A DNA stretch of 64,000 bases from Thermodesulfobacteriota bacterium (GCA_963675595.2 CAXXLZ010000002.1:4288001-4352000), one strand, 5' to 3'. Counted from the stretch's first letter, positions 9,765-19,927 are shown. Program-made: numbers and translations. The notes: generated from the letters alone by a model not told the origin.

Positions 9765-10049
9765 ATGTCGATACGCCTATCCTATAATCCGGAAGAGCTT
9801 CTTCGCTTTGATCCAGAAACTGGATATGCTACAATCGATTGCATGGGCTATACCAGACAGCGCCTCAAGCCATGGCAACGCCTTGGTATCACCAAGAAGC
9901 AATACCTCACGAGTAAACCCTGGAAAGGCACCGGTCTCTCCAGAGAGAAGTACGAGGAAGTTATCTCGGTCGTACCGCTGGAGCATTTGAATGACCTGAA
10001 GATCGAGGCAGAGGCCGAAGCTTTGGTCGAAAGATTGTTTGCAGGATAA
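9765..10049 (+). CDS. Hypothetical protein
   Basis: 94-aa ORF with internal PW..LG(I/L) repeat. Confidence 0.55.
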   Translation: MSIRLSYNPEELLRFDPETGYATIDCMGYTRQRLKPWQRLGITKKQYLTSKPWKGTGLSREKYEEVISVVPLEHLNDLKIEAEAEALVERLFAG

Positions 10050-10108
10050 TCCGTTGCAATACCTTTCATCTGAACCCATAGTAGTATCTTTCTAAATACG
10101 GAAATACA

Positions 10109-10426
10109 ATGTGGGTGATCGATATCAGACATTGGCTCAACGAAGACAAAACAGGCCCGGCGGTTCCGCAGTTGAGATCAAAGGTCGGGAAAATGGCTGA
10201 GATCATCACCTTTGCCACCTCGCTTGAAAAAGGCCTAAAGACCGCCTCTTCACCCAAATGTTGGCGAAGACCAAACCGAAAACCTTGCAAGGGTGAGTTG
10301 GAAGTTCACTTCACAGCAGAGGATCGGATACACTGGATTTGTCCTGTGTGCGGGGATGAAGGAGTGCTCATGGGATTTCGAGGTCTCATCTGGGACATGA
10401 CCGATGGGAGGGGGACGGCTCACTGA
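10109..10426 (+). CDS. Hypothetical Zn-binding protein
   Basis: CWRRPNRKPC...WICPVCGDEG. Confidence 0.65.
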   Translation: MWVIDIRHWLNEDKTGPAVPQLRSKVGKMAEIITFATSLEKGLKTASSPKCWRRPNRKPCKGELEVHFTAEDRIHWICPVCGDEGVLMGFRGLIWDMTDGRGTAH

Positions 10427-10447
10427 GATTATGGAGGCAGATCGGCA

Positions 10448-10657
10448 TTGGAACTCAAGGACAATCGGGCCGCGCTCCTTCTCGAAGTGTCCGATGAAGG
10501 CGAAATAACCGTTGAAGTTGCCGTTAACGGGAGTAAATGCACCGACAAAAATGTCGCCGCAGAAATCTGTCGGGTGATGGCGATGAAGCTCGTCGGAGAT
10601 GAGCAATTTCAAAATGAAATAATGGCATCAATTGAAAACCAAAGCCGGAATGAATAA
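10448..10657 (+). CDS. Small hypothetical protein
   Basis: GGAGG SD, acidic 69-aa ORF. Confidence 0.5.
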   Translation: MELKDNRAALLLEVSDEGEITVEVAVNGSKCTDKNVAAEICRVMAMKLVGDEQFQNEIMASIENQSRNE

Positions 10658-11417
10658 ACTCGGTTCTCGTCTCAGAGGGTTACAAAGCATTAAACTTTCC
10701 CGCCCAATAACCGATCAGAATATACAAAGGCAAAGTAAAAGCGAGAAACGCCGCTAGACTTCAACGCAAAACGCATAAACCCTTGCGCCTATTGGCCCCA
10801 AAAGGGTTATCATTTAGAAACGGAAGTATGAATGCGGTGGAGAGCTACTGGAATGTTGTTGCATATTCTCGCCGAGCGCCTACAAACATGTTCAGACGAA
10901 CACCGTCGCCGGGGAGAACAACCGCATTATTGGTGCTCACATGGTAACCGTCTACGTTGGATCGTTCACTGACGAAGAAAACCCCTAATATGTGAGTCAG
11001 GTAAGGCGTGAAAATGTCCAGCCCAACATCAGAAAGCCCGTAGAGTCGCATGATACGGGCTTATTCTTCTTAGGATATTTTGGGTTGGATTTCGAGCTTC
11101 TTCGGGGAAGCCAAAGAATCTTATAAAATCACTTCCGACAACGTCTCCAGAACCTCCTCAACCGACCGGACAACCCGCCCACAGGACATTTCGATCATCG
11201 CATTGACAACGGAGTTCCTCGACTCTCCGGCGTTTTGAAAATCAGTCCTGATCCCGATAATTCTTGAGCACTCCGAGTTCTTGACGACACACGCATTGAA
11301 AGCGATCCCAAAGACGCCGGGCATGTATACGCGAGCGCATTCTCCCGACGGCAGGTTTGTATTCTTCGGCTTAAACGGACTGCTTTGATCGCAGGAAAAC
11401 CATCGCAGAAAACGATA

Positions 11418-13919
11418 TTACTGCCGAGACAACATTGCCCTGACTGCGTAAGCCAACCCTCGGTACGTGAAAGGTTTCTGAATGAATTCCACTCCTTGTT
11501 CCAAGATACCGCGGTTCGCGATGACGTCCGCCGTATAGCCCGAGGTGAACAACGTCCTCATTCCGGCATGGATTACCATAAGTCGCTCCGAAAGTTCCCG
11601 ACCATTCATTTCCGGCATGACTACGTCGGTGATCAGTAGGTCGATTTGACCGACATGTCTCTGTGCCAGTTGGATGGCTTCGCTCGGGGTATTCGCCGCC
11701 AGGACCCGATAACCCAATCTCACGAGCATGGTCTTAGCCATGTTCAGGATCGCACCGTCGTCCTCGACCAAAAGTATGGTTTCCTTGCCCCCGGGAGTTG
11801 TCCAGGTCTCTTTCCTGTTTCTAATTTCATTATTTTGAGACTTATACCTCGGCAGATGGATGGTGAAATTCGTTCCCTCACCCGGCTCGCTTTCGACGTC
11901 GATATATCCCCCGTTCTGTTTGACGATGCCATAGACCGTTGCCAGACCTAACCCCGTTCCTTTGCCGGCTCCCTTCGTGGTGAAGAAGGGTTCGAACAAC
12001 TTGTCGAGAGTTTCTTTCTCCATGCCGCGACCGTCATCGCCTACCGCCAGAGCCACAAACTGGCCGGGAACCGCCCCTGCGTGCGCCGCACAGTATTCTT
12101 CGTCCAACACTACGTTCTTGGTCCGGATGGTCACATTTCCGCTTTCGGATACGGCATCCCTCGCGTTGACGCACAGGTTGGCCAAAATCTGATCGACCTG
12201 TGATGGATCCATTTTCACTGGCCACAAATCCTTACCCGGCAGCCAAGCAATTTCGATATCTTCCCCCATAAGACTTCTCAGGATGCTGAGCATCCTCTCC
12301 ACGGTTGTGTTCAAGTCGAGAATCTTGGGTGTAATGGTCTGTTTTCTGGCAAAGCCCAGAAGCTGCTCGGTAAGGTGCGCGGAGCGTTGTGCCGCTTTGT
12401 GAATCTCCTTCAGGTCAGTAAAAAGCGCTTCCCCCCGCTCCGTTTGATCAAGGGCTAGTTCCACGTGACCCAGAATAACGCCCAGCATGTTGTTGAAATC
12501 GTGGGCCACGCCTCCGGCCAATCGAGCAACGGATTCCATTTTCTGTGCTTGAGTCAACTGCCTTTGGAGCTTCTCCCGCTCCTCGTCCGCCCGCTTCCGT
12601 TCCGTAATGTCTTCGCCAACGGACTGATAGGCGACGACCTTTCCTCCATCGTCGAACAGCGCCCGATTTGTCCAGCGTTGCCAACGGATTCCTTCTTGCC
12701 CCATCTTTACCGAGTGCTCGTAGGTCCGCACGGGAGATTGGGAGGTCAATGAGGCCAAGTTGGCCAAAACCGTCTGACGGTCCGCTTCGGGGATGAGGGA
12801 AAGAAAAGAGGTTCCGATCAACTCCCGGGCGGACTTCCCGAAATAGTCACAGTAGGCCTGATTCACATAGGTGATCTCGCATTCGGGTCCGAAACGACAG
12901 ATCAGCACTGGGGTATCTTCCACAACCGCCCTATACCGTTCTTCACTCCGGCGAAGCGCCTCCTCAAATCGTCTTCGTTCGAGTGCGCTAAAAAAAGTCT
13001 CGCCCACAAGACCCAACAAGGCCTTATCGTCGTCGGTCCAGACTCGGACAGTGCGCAGCGAATCGAATCCCAAGAAGCCCCGCAGTTCGTCACCCAGCTT
13101 CATGGGCACCACGATGAGCGATCGAATCCCCTGGGCCTCCAGGTGTTCCCGCTCCAATCGAGCCTCTTCCGGCAGGGCCGAAACGTCGGGTTGGTGAAGG
13201 AGTCGGCGTTTCCTCATAAGATCAGCGAACCACGGCAGTTCTTCGTCCAGTACAATTCCTTTAAGGTTTTCCATCTGCGGTTCGATTCCGGGGGCGCACC
13301 ATTCATGGGTGTTGTCGAAAACCGACTCTCCGTTTCGGCTCAAGAACACGTAAGCACGATCCGCATCGGTAAATTCCGCGATCCGGCCCAGAGCCCGCTC
13401 AATAGCCTCGTCGATCTCATTACCCCGCAACCCCGTGAACTCGGATGAAATTTCCGTGACCAGACGTTCGAATGCCACTCGCCGAGCCAAGTCGGTCTCC
13501 GCCCGTTTACGTTCGGAAACATCTTTGAGAAAGGTGAGAACCGCGGGTCCTCCCTCCCAATCCACTCGAACGGCGTTCAGCTCTACGTGGCGAATTTCGC
13601 CCGACTTTCTGATAATCCGAAATCCATAGTCAGGTGGCACTTGCGCCCCCTGGAGGCGCTTGACATGGTTCTCCATCACCAGGGCACGGTCATCGGGATG
13701 AATGAAATCGACAAACGGTCGGGACTGTAATTCTCGAGCCGAGTATCCGGAAAGCTCTTCGGTTTTGGGATTGGTGAAGATCAGCGCGCCGTCCCGCGAA
13801 ACGAAAACCGCTTCCCCCGCGTGATCCACCAACGTCCGGTATTTCTCCTCACTCAACCGAAGAGGTCCCAAATGGGACTCGATTTCCTGTGTTGCTCGTC
13901 CTTCCTTTATCTCCGTCAT
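11418..13919 (-). CDS. PAS-GAF-PAS hybrid histidine kinase with receiver domain
   Basis: AHDFNN H-box, NLCVNARDA, DDGRGM, FFTTK..GKGTGLGL, receiver LLITDVVMP. Confidence 0.95.
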   Translation of the reverse strand: MTEIKEGRATQEIESHLGPLRLSEEKYRTLVDHAGEAVFVSRDGALIFTNPKTEELSGYSARELQSRPFVDFIHPDDRALVMENHVKRLQGAQVPPDYGFRIIRKSGEIRHVELNAVRVDWEGGPAVLTFLKDVSERKRAETDLARRVAFERLVTEISSEFTGLRGNEIDEAIERALGRIAEFTDADRAYVFLSRNGESVFDNTHEWCAPGIEPQMENLKGIVLDEELPWFADLMRKRRLLHQPDVSALPEEARLEREHLEAQGIRSLIVVPMKLGDELRGFLGFDSLRTVRVWTDDDKALLGLVGETFFSALERRRFEEALRRSEERYRAVVEDTPVLICRFGPECEITYVNQAYCDYFGKSARELIGTSFLSLIPEADRQTVLANLASLTSQSPVRTYEHSVKMGQEGIRWQRWTNRALFDDGGKVVAYQSVGEDITERKRADEEREKLQRQLTQAQKMESVARLAGGVAHDFNNMLGVILGHVELALDQTERGEALFTDLKEIHKAAQRSAHLTEQLLGFARKQTITPKILDLNTTVERMLSILRSLMGEDIEIAWLPGKDLWPVKMDPSQVDQILANLCVNARDAVSESGNVTIRTKNVVLDEEYCAAHAGAVPGQFVALAVGDDGRGMEKETLDKLFEPFFTTKGAGKGTGLGLATVYGIVKQNGGYIDVESEPGEGTNFTIHLPRYKSQNNEIRNRKETWTTPGGKETILLVEDDGAILNMAKTMLVRLGYRVLAANTPSEAIQLAQRHVGQIDLLITDVVMPEMNGRELSERLMVIHAGMRTLFTSGYTADVIANRGILEQGVEFIQKPFTYRGLAYAVRAMLSRQ

Positions 13920-14327
13920 TGCGCCGCCTACGTCGAGGTTTCCCTAAGTAAAGCATCGTTTTCCGATCTCCAGGCCGGCTCCATTCGAAAGCCTGCGAGC
14001 GACTTTTCGCACCCCATACCCGCCGATGGCCGTCGCCCCAATTCCGGCGTGTTCTATCCGGAAAGCCGGGCTTAGCGCCGGTCGTCGTTTCAGTCACCTT
14101 CGAGAATCTCTCTCACTTTGGCCGCTAAGGCCCGCACTAAAAAAAGATTTACGAACAAAGCTGAATCTTACCCGCAATTCCGGGTCTTTTCCATTGTCCA
14201 AGTCATCCTCATACCCTGAAATATACAGCCCCCGAATGTCATTCACCGATACAACGATTTTTTCCCGAATGGTTCATCGTAACCGCTTTTGCAACCCCGT
14301 CAGCGACCTGATTCAGGTCCAAGGCTC

Positions 14328-14588
14328 TCAAGTTAATCTTCTTTTTTCGACTGAAGGCCGGCAGTTGCCGCACCAAGTCCCTGGCCCGTGATCCGGCTTT
14401 GAGCATCTCGTTGCGGACTCCCTGGGCTCACCTCTTTCGCTAAAGTCATCAAAGGTCATTTCCGAGTGCCCGATGATCGGTACCTGCAGATTGTTCAAGT
14501 CATTGGCTACCCCGCCGGCCTGCCCACGGATTCGCATTTTCTGGAACTGGCTCAACTGCATTTCAAGTTTCTCGTGCGTTTCCTCCAC
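14328..14588 (-). pseudogene. Degenerate histidine kinase H-box fragment
   Basis: QLSQFQKM..AGGVANDLNN resembles QAQKM..AGGVAHDFNN; truncated. Confidence 0.6.
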
Positions 14589-14732
14589 AGACCTCTGCTT
14601 GGCAGCATAAAGCCAAGATTACAACGTATTCGCAGAACAAAATGACGTTTTTTCAGATTATTAATAGTCGGAGAAGCTGTCAATTGGGAGTTACCGCTAT
14701 TTTTGCCCAGGTAAAAACTTTGTGACATTTTT

Positions 14733-15109
14733 CGAAGCGCCTCACCCCGAGGCGCCCCCATCCACTCCGACCTGCTCCGCGATTTCGTTCATGACATCAA
14801 AGACCCTGATCACTTCCTTCGCGAAGAATTCGTTGTTCTCAATTGAAGGCCTTTGAACGCACCCATCACTCCTCACAGCGCTCGCCTGGTACACCAACTT
14901 GAACGCCATCCCAAGCCGAGCCTGCATGGTGCGATCATCCTTCCATTTCCGTCGCACGACAGGCTTCACGTTTTGTGGCGAACCTGGGTCTTCTTTCTCC
15001 AGCAATTCGTCGATCATTTCCGACGCTTCTTCCAAGGTCAGGCTTTCCAGAGGCCGATCGAACTGGGCCTCGGTTCGACCGATCAGGTCAGCCAAAAACT
15101 CAACCTGCT
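14733..15109 (-). pseudogene. 5'-truncated copy of the gene at 16643-17041 (direct repeat)
   Basis: Near-identical DNA and protein to 16634-17010 but lacks the start. Confidence 0.8.
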
Positions 15110-15564
15110 AAAACGCTCATGGAGGAAACGGCCGCCCTGAACTCCGTCCTGAGGGCTCAAGGGCGCCACCCTCCTCACTGTCCAGATCGAGGAACCCAAC
15201 GACACCCAAATCGAGGCCCTGATTGCTCTTGGATAAACAATAGAGGTCGGTTTTGTGTCGAGAACCCTTTGCCGACCTAATTGCCTCTTGTGGCTGTTCC
15301 CGCTCGGATACGGTTTTTGGGGACTGCTGGGATTCCGAAAGTGATTAATATTCAGGAAATATAACCTTGTCTGTCGAAATGCAGAAAAGGTGAGGTCTCA
15401 TAGAAATCTCGCTTCTTTATCGGAATTATTCACCCGATTGGATCGGGAAACAGGGCTCCGACTCCCGAAATAGCCGTCCATCGACCCGCATTGTGCTTCC
15501 GTAACTAGTTGAAATGACAACTCGCAGTAGATTGAGGGCTGTTGGCTCTTTTTTTGCTAAGAAT

Positions 15565-15646
15565 CTTCCAAGATAAAAAGCCAAACCCGTCGTGAGGCGG
15601 GGACGGAAAGCCACGGGTCTTCAAATGAAGACGGCCGGGTTGCCTG
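15565..15646 (+). ncRNA. c-di-GMP-I (GEMM-I) riboswitch
   Basis: GCCAAACC-P2(GUGA loop)-GGGACGGAAAGCC.CGGGUCU...AGACGGCCGGGUUGCC. Confidence 0.9.
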
Positions 15647-15673
15647 CAAAAGGGTAATCCGGCCGTCTTTTTG
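15627..15673 (+). terminator. Riboswitch expression-platform terminator
   Basis: aagacggccgg...ccggccgtctt plus T-tract; 5' arm overlaps the aptamer 3' strand. Confidence 0.8.
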
Positions 15674-15740
15674 TTTCCGCCGGCGCGGAGAAAGGAAAGG
15701 CGGCCGGTTAGAGCACATCGTTCGAATGGAGGGAGCTTGG

Positions 15741-16397
15741 ATGAGGAAGTTGCTTTGGTCTTGTTTGGTGATGGCCTTGATTTTCTCGGCCGTGGCGGAG
15801 TCTCAGGCGTATACGGTTTCTTCAGGGTACCTTTCGCCGTCCACATTGGTGGGTGCGGTGCGGTACCGATCATTCAACAACACCGGTGGGGAAGAGGTCT
15901 ATTTGGGTATTCCCGATTTGGGCGCGGCCGGCAACAGAGTAGGCCAAAACATTACCTGGGGAGTATCGCAGGAGTTCACATTTACGTATGATGCGAATAC
16001 CGATATGCTTTCTACGACGGTGGGATCAAATACTACAAAATATTATACGATTTCGGACCCTCTGGTTGATCTCAACTACATGCAATGGTTGGTCCGAGCC
16101 CAATCGGGTACCACGGTGGAAATGAACAACGCCACTTTGAACGGCCAATCTCTGGGATCTTTTTCCGCAACCAACGGGCAGACACTGAACTGGTATATCC
16201 AAGGCATTGATCTGAGTAACGGTTTCACATTTACCGGCACTATTAACCTTTCCGGGACCTTTACTAACAGCCAGGAAGCGAGCAAGATTGAAATCGACTT
16301 TGGAAACGCGGTACCCATCCCAGGAGCAGTATGGCTGCTTGGCTCCGGTCTTGTGGGACTGATGGGATTCCGAAAGCGATTGAAATTCAGGAAATAG
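15741..16397 (+). CDS. Exosortase-sorted surface protein (VPIPG-CTERM)
   Basis: Signal peptide; VPIPGAVWLLGSGLVGLMGFRKR. Confidence 0.92.
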   Translation: MRKLLWSCLVMALIFSAVAESQAYTVSSGYLSPSTLVGAVRYRSFNNTGGEEVYLGIPDLGAAGNRVGQNITWGVSQEFTFTYDANTDMLSTTVGSNTTKYYTISDPLVDLNYMQWLVRAQSGTTVEMNNATLNGQSLGSFSATNGQTLNWYIQGIDLSNGFTFTGTINLSGTFTNSQEASKIEIDFGNAVPIPGAVWLLGSGLVGLMGFRKRLKFRK

Positions 16398-16420
16398 TCC
16401 TGCTTCGGCCAGTGCAAATG

Positions 16421-16448
16421 ACGGGATCTTTCGGGGTCCCGTTTTTTT
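16421..16448 (+). terminator. Intrinsic terminator
   Basis: acgggatc-tttc-ggggtcccgt plus T-tract. Confidence 0.7.
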
Positions 16449-16642
16449 GTATTCTTCTCAAGACTCTGGGATATTTCGATGCGAACGGTGTTCCCACTCT
16501 CAGCAGGTTTCACGATATTCTCCATTTCTTTCTCACATCTCATGAAAAGGCCCCTCGTTTTTTATGTAGATCCCTTCCGTCATCTCATCTTTGACATAGG
16601 AGTACCCGTCATGTTTTTGCTCTTCCTCAAATCCGAAGCGCC

Positions 16643-17041
16643 TCACCCCGAGGCACCTCCATCGACTCCAACCCGCTCCGCGATCTCGTTAATGGCATCA
16701 AAGACCCTGATCACTTCCTTCCCGAAAAATTCGTTGTTCTCAATCGAAGGCCTTTGAACGCACCCATCGCTCCTCACCACGCTCGCCTGGTACACCAACT
16801 TGAAGGCCATACCGAGCCGAGCCTGCATGGTGCGATCATCCTTACATTTCCTTCGCACGACAGGCTTCACGTTTTGTGGCGAACCTGGGTCTTCCTTTTC
16901 CAGCAGTTCATCGATCATTTCCGACGCTTCTTCCAAGGTCAGGCTTTCCAACGGCCGATCAAATCTGGTCTCGGTTCGATCGATCAGATCAGCCAAAAAC
17001 TCGACCTGCTTTGGGCTTGCCATTCTACTTACAGCTTCCAT
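16643..17041 (-). CDS. Hypothetical protein (ASPKQ...LTLEEASEMIDEL motif)
   Basis: GGAGG SD; duplicated at 14.7-15.1 kb. Confidence 0.7.
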   Translation of the reverse strand: MEAVSRMASPKQVEFLADLIDRTETRFDRPLESLTLEEASEMIDELLEKEDPGSPQNVKPVVRRKCKDDRTMQARLGMAFKLVYQASVVRSDGCVQRPSIENNEFFGKEVIRVFDAINEIAERVGVDGGASG

Positions 17042-17341
17042 TTTCTTTTCCTCCGAGTGAGCGGCTTTTTTTCCCTCTCCTCAGGTCTTGAGGGAGAGGG
17101 GTTTGCCTATCACTGAAAAGGCCAACCGTTCCTACACGACCCCAGGCTCCTCACAAAGACTTTCCAGAAAGCAGGAGAATAAAAAAGCCACCCGATGAAT
17201 TGAATGGCTCTTTGAAATGTGTCACTTCTCCGGTTATACAGTAGGTCGTGTCAATCGAAAGCTTGAACTCGAAACCTCATCCACGAAGACGCTATGCCCA
17301 CTAGGGGAAACTCGACTCGATAACCGCGACCCTGCCGGCAT

Positions 17342-17365
17342 TTTGGTGTGTCATTTGGTGTGTCA
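17342..17365. repeat. Tandem tttggtgtgtca repeats, probable integrase arm-type sites
   Basis: tttggtgtgtca twice, about 115 bp inside the att core; another tgtgtcac near 17218. Confidence 0.55.
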
Positions 17366-17480
17366 CTTTTTTGAAAAATCAGCCAGAATCGGAATTAGGT
17401 GCCCGAGATTGAGAATCGACTAATCTTGTCAAATCAGTAAGTTACTCTTAATTGAGGAAGTTTGAAGCTTGGGAGTCACT

Positions 17481-17530
17481 GACTGAAAATCCCCGTGTCG
17501 GCGGTTCAATTCCGTCCCTCGGCACCACCA
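17481..17530 (+). other. tRNA-Phe(GAA) 3'-half duplicate (att site)
   Basis: gacTGAAAatcc anticodon loop, GGTTCAATTCC T-loop, ends CACCA; no D-arm or acceptor 5' half upstream. Confidence 0.85.
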
Positions 17531-17540
17531 GTTTGATCAA

Positions 17541-17579
17541 ATGAGGGGGCCCCGTTTTTGGGTGCCCCCTCATTTTTTT
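17541..17579 (+). terminator. Intrinsic terminator after the tRNA fragment
   Basis: atgaggggg...ccccctcat plus T-tract. Confidence 0.75.
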
Positions 17580-17648
17580 GGGCGTTCCTGATTTCACGAC
17601 TACCGTCCCGGACGGCGTTAACAATACCGATCTTATCAAAGCGCCCAT

Positions 17649-17807
17649 TTACTCTTTTTTGAAATGCTCTTTAATCGCTCTGCAGACCGGACACTTCCAA
17701 TCGTCCGGGAGGTCTTCGAACTTGGTTCCCTTGGGAATTCCTTTGCCCGGATCACCGGCCTCCGGATAGTAGACATAACCGCAAACCTTGCAAACATACC
17801 AATCCAT
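17649..17807 (-). CDS. rub: Rubredoxin (52 aa; missed by ORF track)
   Basis: [52 protein letters not shown]. Confidence 0.95.
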   Translation of the reverse strand: MDWYVCKVCGYVYYPEAGDPGKGIPKGTKFEDLPDDWKCPVCRAIKEHFKKE

Positions 17808-17850
17808 AAACGTCCATTCTCCTCTTTATGCTGTCGTGCCGATGGTGCAG

Positions 17851-17878
17851 ATGGGGACGCCGGCAAAAAGTAAGCTAC
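17851..17878 (-). repeat. 28-bp element-end motif, copy A
   Basis: atggggacgccggcaaaaagtaagctac; one mismatch to 18393-18420. Confidence 0.85.
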
Positions 17879-17887
17879 CCGGCCGGC

Positions 17888-18286
17888 TTACGTCAGATCG
17901 AAATGAGGATTCCATGCTACTTCCCAGAAGAATCCGTCAGGGTCTGAGAAATATCCCGAGTATCCGCCCCAATCCGTGCCTTTGGCCGGTTTCCGCAGGA
18001 GGCCCCCGGCCTTCTCGGCCTCTCCCATCACCCGATCCACCTCCTCTTTCGAGGACACATTATGCGCCAAAGTGAATCCTCGGAAACCGCTTCCTTGCGG
18101 ATCGACCCGAGCGTCGCTTGCCAACTGATCTTTCGGATACAGCGCAAGCCATGTACCGGATAGCTCGAAGAAGGTAATCCCCGGGAAGTCACCATATGTG
18201 GGCAGCCCCAGTCCGTCTCGGTAGAATGCGGTGGATCGTTCAAGGTCCGAGACCGCCAGTGTAATGATGCTGATTTTCGGTTTCAT
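17888..18286 (-). CDS. VOC/glyoxalase family protein
   Basis: ISIITLAVSDLERSTAFY..GLG...WGGYSGYFSDPDGFFWEVAWNP. Confidence 0.92.
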   Translation of the reverse strand: MKPKISIITLAVSDLERSTAFYRDGLGLPTYGDFPGITFFELSGTWLALYPKDQLASDARVDPQGSGFRGFTLAHNVSSKEEVDRVMGEAEKAGGLLRKPAKGTDWGGYSGYFSDPDGFFWEVAWNPHFDLT

Positions 18287-18392
18287 ATGTTGCCCTGGAC
18301 GACACCCAACGAAAATGAGGTGTATCCGCATGAAATGCTTCTTTGGTCGTTTCCGCCGTGTAAAACGGCTCCGTAAATCTGCCAATGTGCCA

Positions 18393-18420
18393 ATGGGGAC
18401 GCCGGCAAAAAGTAGGCTAC
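18393..18420 (-). repeat. 28-bp element-end motif, copy B
   Basis: Overlaps the stop codon of the transposase remnant. Confidence 0.85.
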
Positions 18421-18772
18421 TCCGCCATTAAACCATACCCGTTTTCACGGGCCATGGATTCCCCTCTTTCAACGGAATCACCTACCGCGGGAGCGCTCAG
18501 CTCCAACCGTCGTGACAGTGCCGGTTCCCTGTGCTATGGACCAGGCTATTTTACCGCCAAAAAACAGAAAGACTCCTTGCCTTTACCTGCTTCCGCTGTT
18601 TACCCCCGGACAATAGGTCACGCGGATCCATATCGTAAATCTCAGCAACCCCTTCGGCAATCCGATCTGCATGATATCCCAAGCGCTTCCATTTGTAACG
18701 TCGGTCGTATGGTTCATCAGCCTGCGAGAGCAAATTCTCCACAAACGAAGAACTTCCCGGGTAATCATTCAC
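18417..18772 (-). pseudogene. 3' remnant of REP-associated (Y1/RAYT-like) transposase with C-terminal HTH
   Basis: GSSSFVENLL...VAEIYDM...KARSL then frameshifted ALSRRLELSAPAVGDSVERGE. Confidence 0.65.
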
Positions 18773-18915
18773 GGGGGGACTCGTCTATGGTAGGGGCAGG
18801 CCACAGTGCCTGCCCAAAAGACGGCCGAAGGCCCACCATCTCCCCTGTGTCCCCCGTGCCGGCGTCCCTCTACGGCACACCCCGTGAATAGGTGCGTCCT
18901 TATTGGTGGCTTTCG

Positions 18916-19132
18916 GAAGACATTAGGAGCTCACGGAAGCCGACCAAGACGATCCGTCGGCCGCCTGATACGCGTAGGAGTTTCATGTGTCGTCTTCGAT
19001 CCGGAACGGACGTGTTGACAAGAAAGTGGAATACGTTTGAAGGGGATTTCAGTCGGGACATCTCATCTGTATCAACGACTCCAACGGCCTACCAGCGTTT
19101 GTCATGTTAGTCAACAACGTCCCCTACTTCAC
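18916..19132 (+). repeat. 217-bp repeat copy 1 (degenerate element end, ...caacaacgtcccc)
   Basis: Clearly homologous to 19711-19927. Confidence 0.85.
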
Positions 19133-19146
19133 GATTTGACTTTTGA

Positions 19147-19707
19147 AATGGATCAAGGGCGGACCCGCATGGGTTTCCGCAAGAACTTCTATCGGATCGG
19201 AAGATACATTAACCGATTCGGAAAGAACATCATCGTAACGGATAACGGGGATTGGAGTACGGATGAGATTGTACGGGCCTGCCTGGATCGATACATAGTG
19301 GAAAAAGCATTTCGGCAAACCAAGGACCACGACCTGGTTTCCGTCTTTCCGATCCGTCATTGGACGGATGGAAAAATCCGGTGCCATATCCTGACCTGCG
19401 TCGCCGCGCTCACCTACCTTCGAATTATTGAACTCCGAGTGCGACGCGCCGGACTGAATCTCACAGCCTCAACCGTCATGCAGCAGATGCAAAGACTGCA
19501 CTCCTGCCTCTGCTTCAGTCCGGCAAAACGAAAACCCCTCCGCATGATCGAACAACCGAACGACATCCAGGCCCAAATCCTGCACGCCTTCGGTTTCCAG
19601 GTGAACGACGGTGGGGTCTTACAAACTTTCAGAACGTAACTTACTGCTTTTACAGCCCTTATAGACTATTCTGCCCAGGTAACTCTTAAACTCCTGTTAA
19701 ACTCCTG
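19147..19707 (+). pseudogene. IS1634-family transposase 3' fragment with element end
   Basis: GKNIIVTD...VEKAFRQTKD...PIRHWTDGKIRCHILTCVAAL; ends ttaaactcctg. Confidence 0.8.
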
Positions 19708-19710
19708 TCA

Positions 19711-19927
19711 GAAGACATTGGGAGCTCACGGAAGCCGACCAAGACGATCCGTCGGCCGCATGATACGCGCAGGAGCGTCACGTGTCGTCTTCGATCCGGA
19801 ACGGACGTATTGATAAGAAAGTGGAATACGTTTGAAGGGGGTCCTAGCCAGGACATCTCATCTGTATCAACAACTCCAAAGGGCTACCGGCGTTTGTCAT
19901 GTTAGTCAACAACGTCCCTCACTTCAC
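19711..19927 (+). repeat. 217-bp repeat copy 2
   Basis: Homologous to 18916-19132. Confidence 0.85.

Larger units (their letters stand above)
1..17530. mobile_element. Integrated element/genomic island, right part; ends at duplicated tRNA-Phe 3' end (att site); left end outside window
   Basis: tRNA 3' fragment at 17481-17530, arm-like direct repeats just inside it, and mobile-element genes (RadC, DUF2958, SSB-like, HerA-like, nuclease). No integrase is seen in the window. Confidence 0.75.

Noticed and set aside
11121-11324. VRR-NUC-like tail (VVRSVEEV)
   Set aside because: Too short and no catalytic motif
15565-15646. 3',3'-cGAMP-sensing GEMM-Ib variant
   Set aside because: The discriminating position reads G, not A
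17455-17530. Functional tRNA-Phe gene
   Set aside because: The 5' acceptor strand and D-arm are absent; treated as an att duplication
17851-18420. Integron attC sites
   Set aside because: No RYYYAAC...GTTRRRY inverted core and no integron integrase
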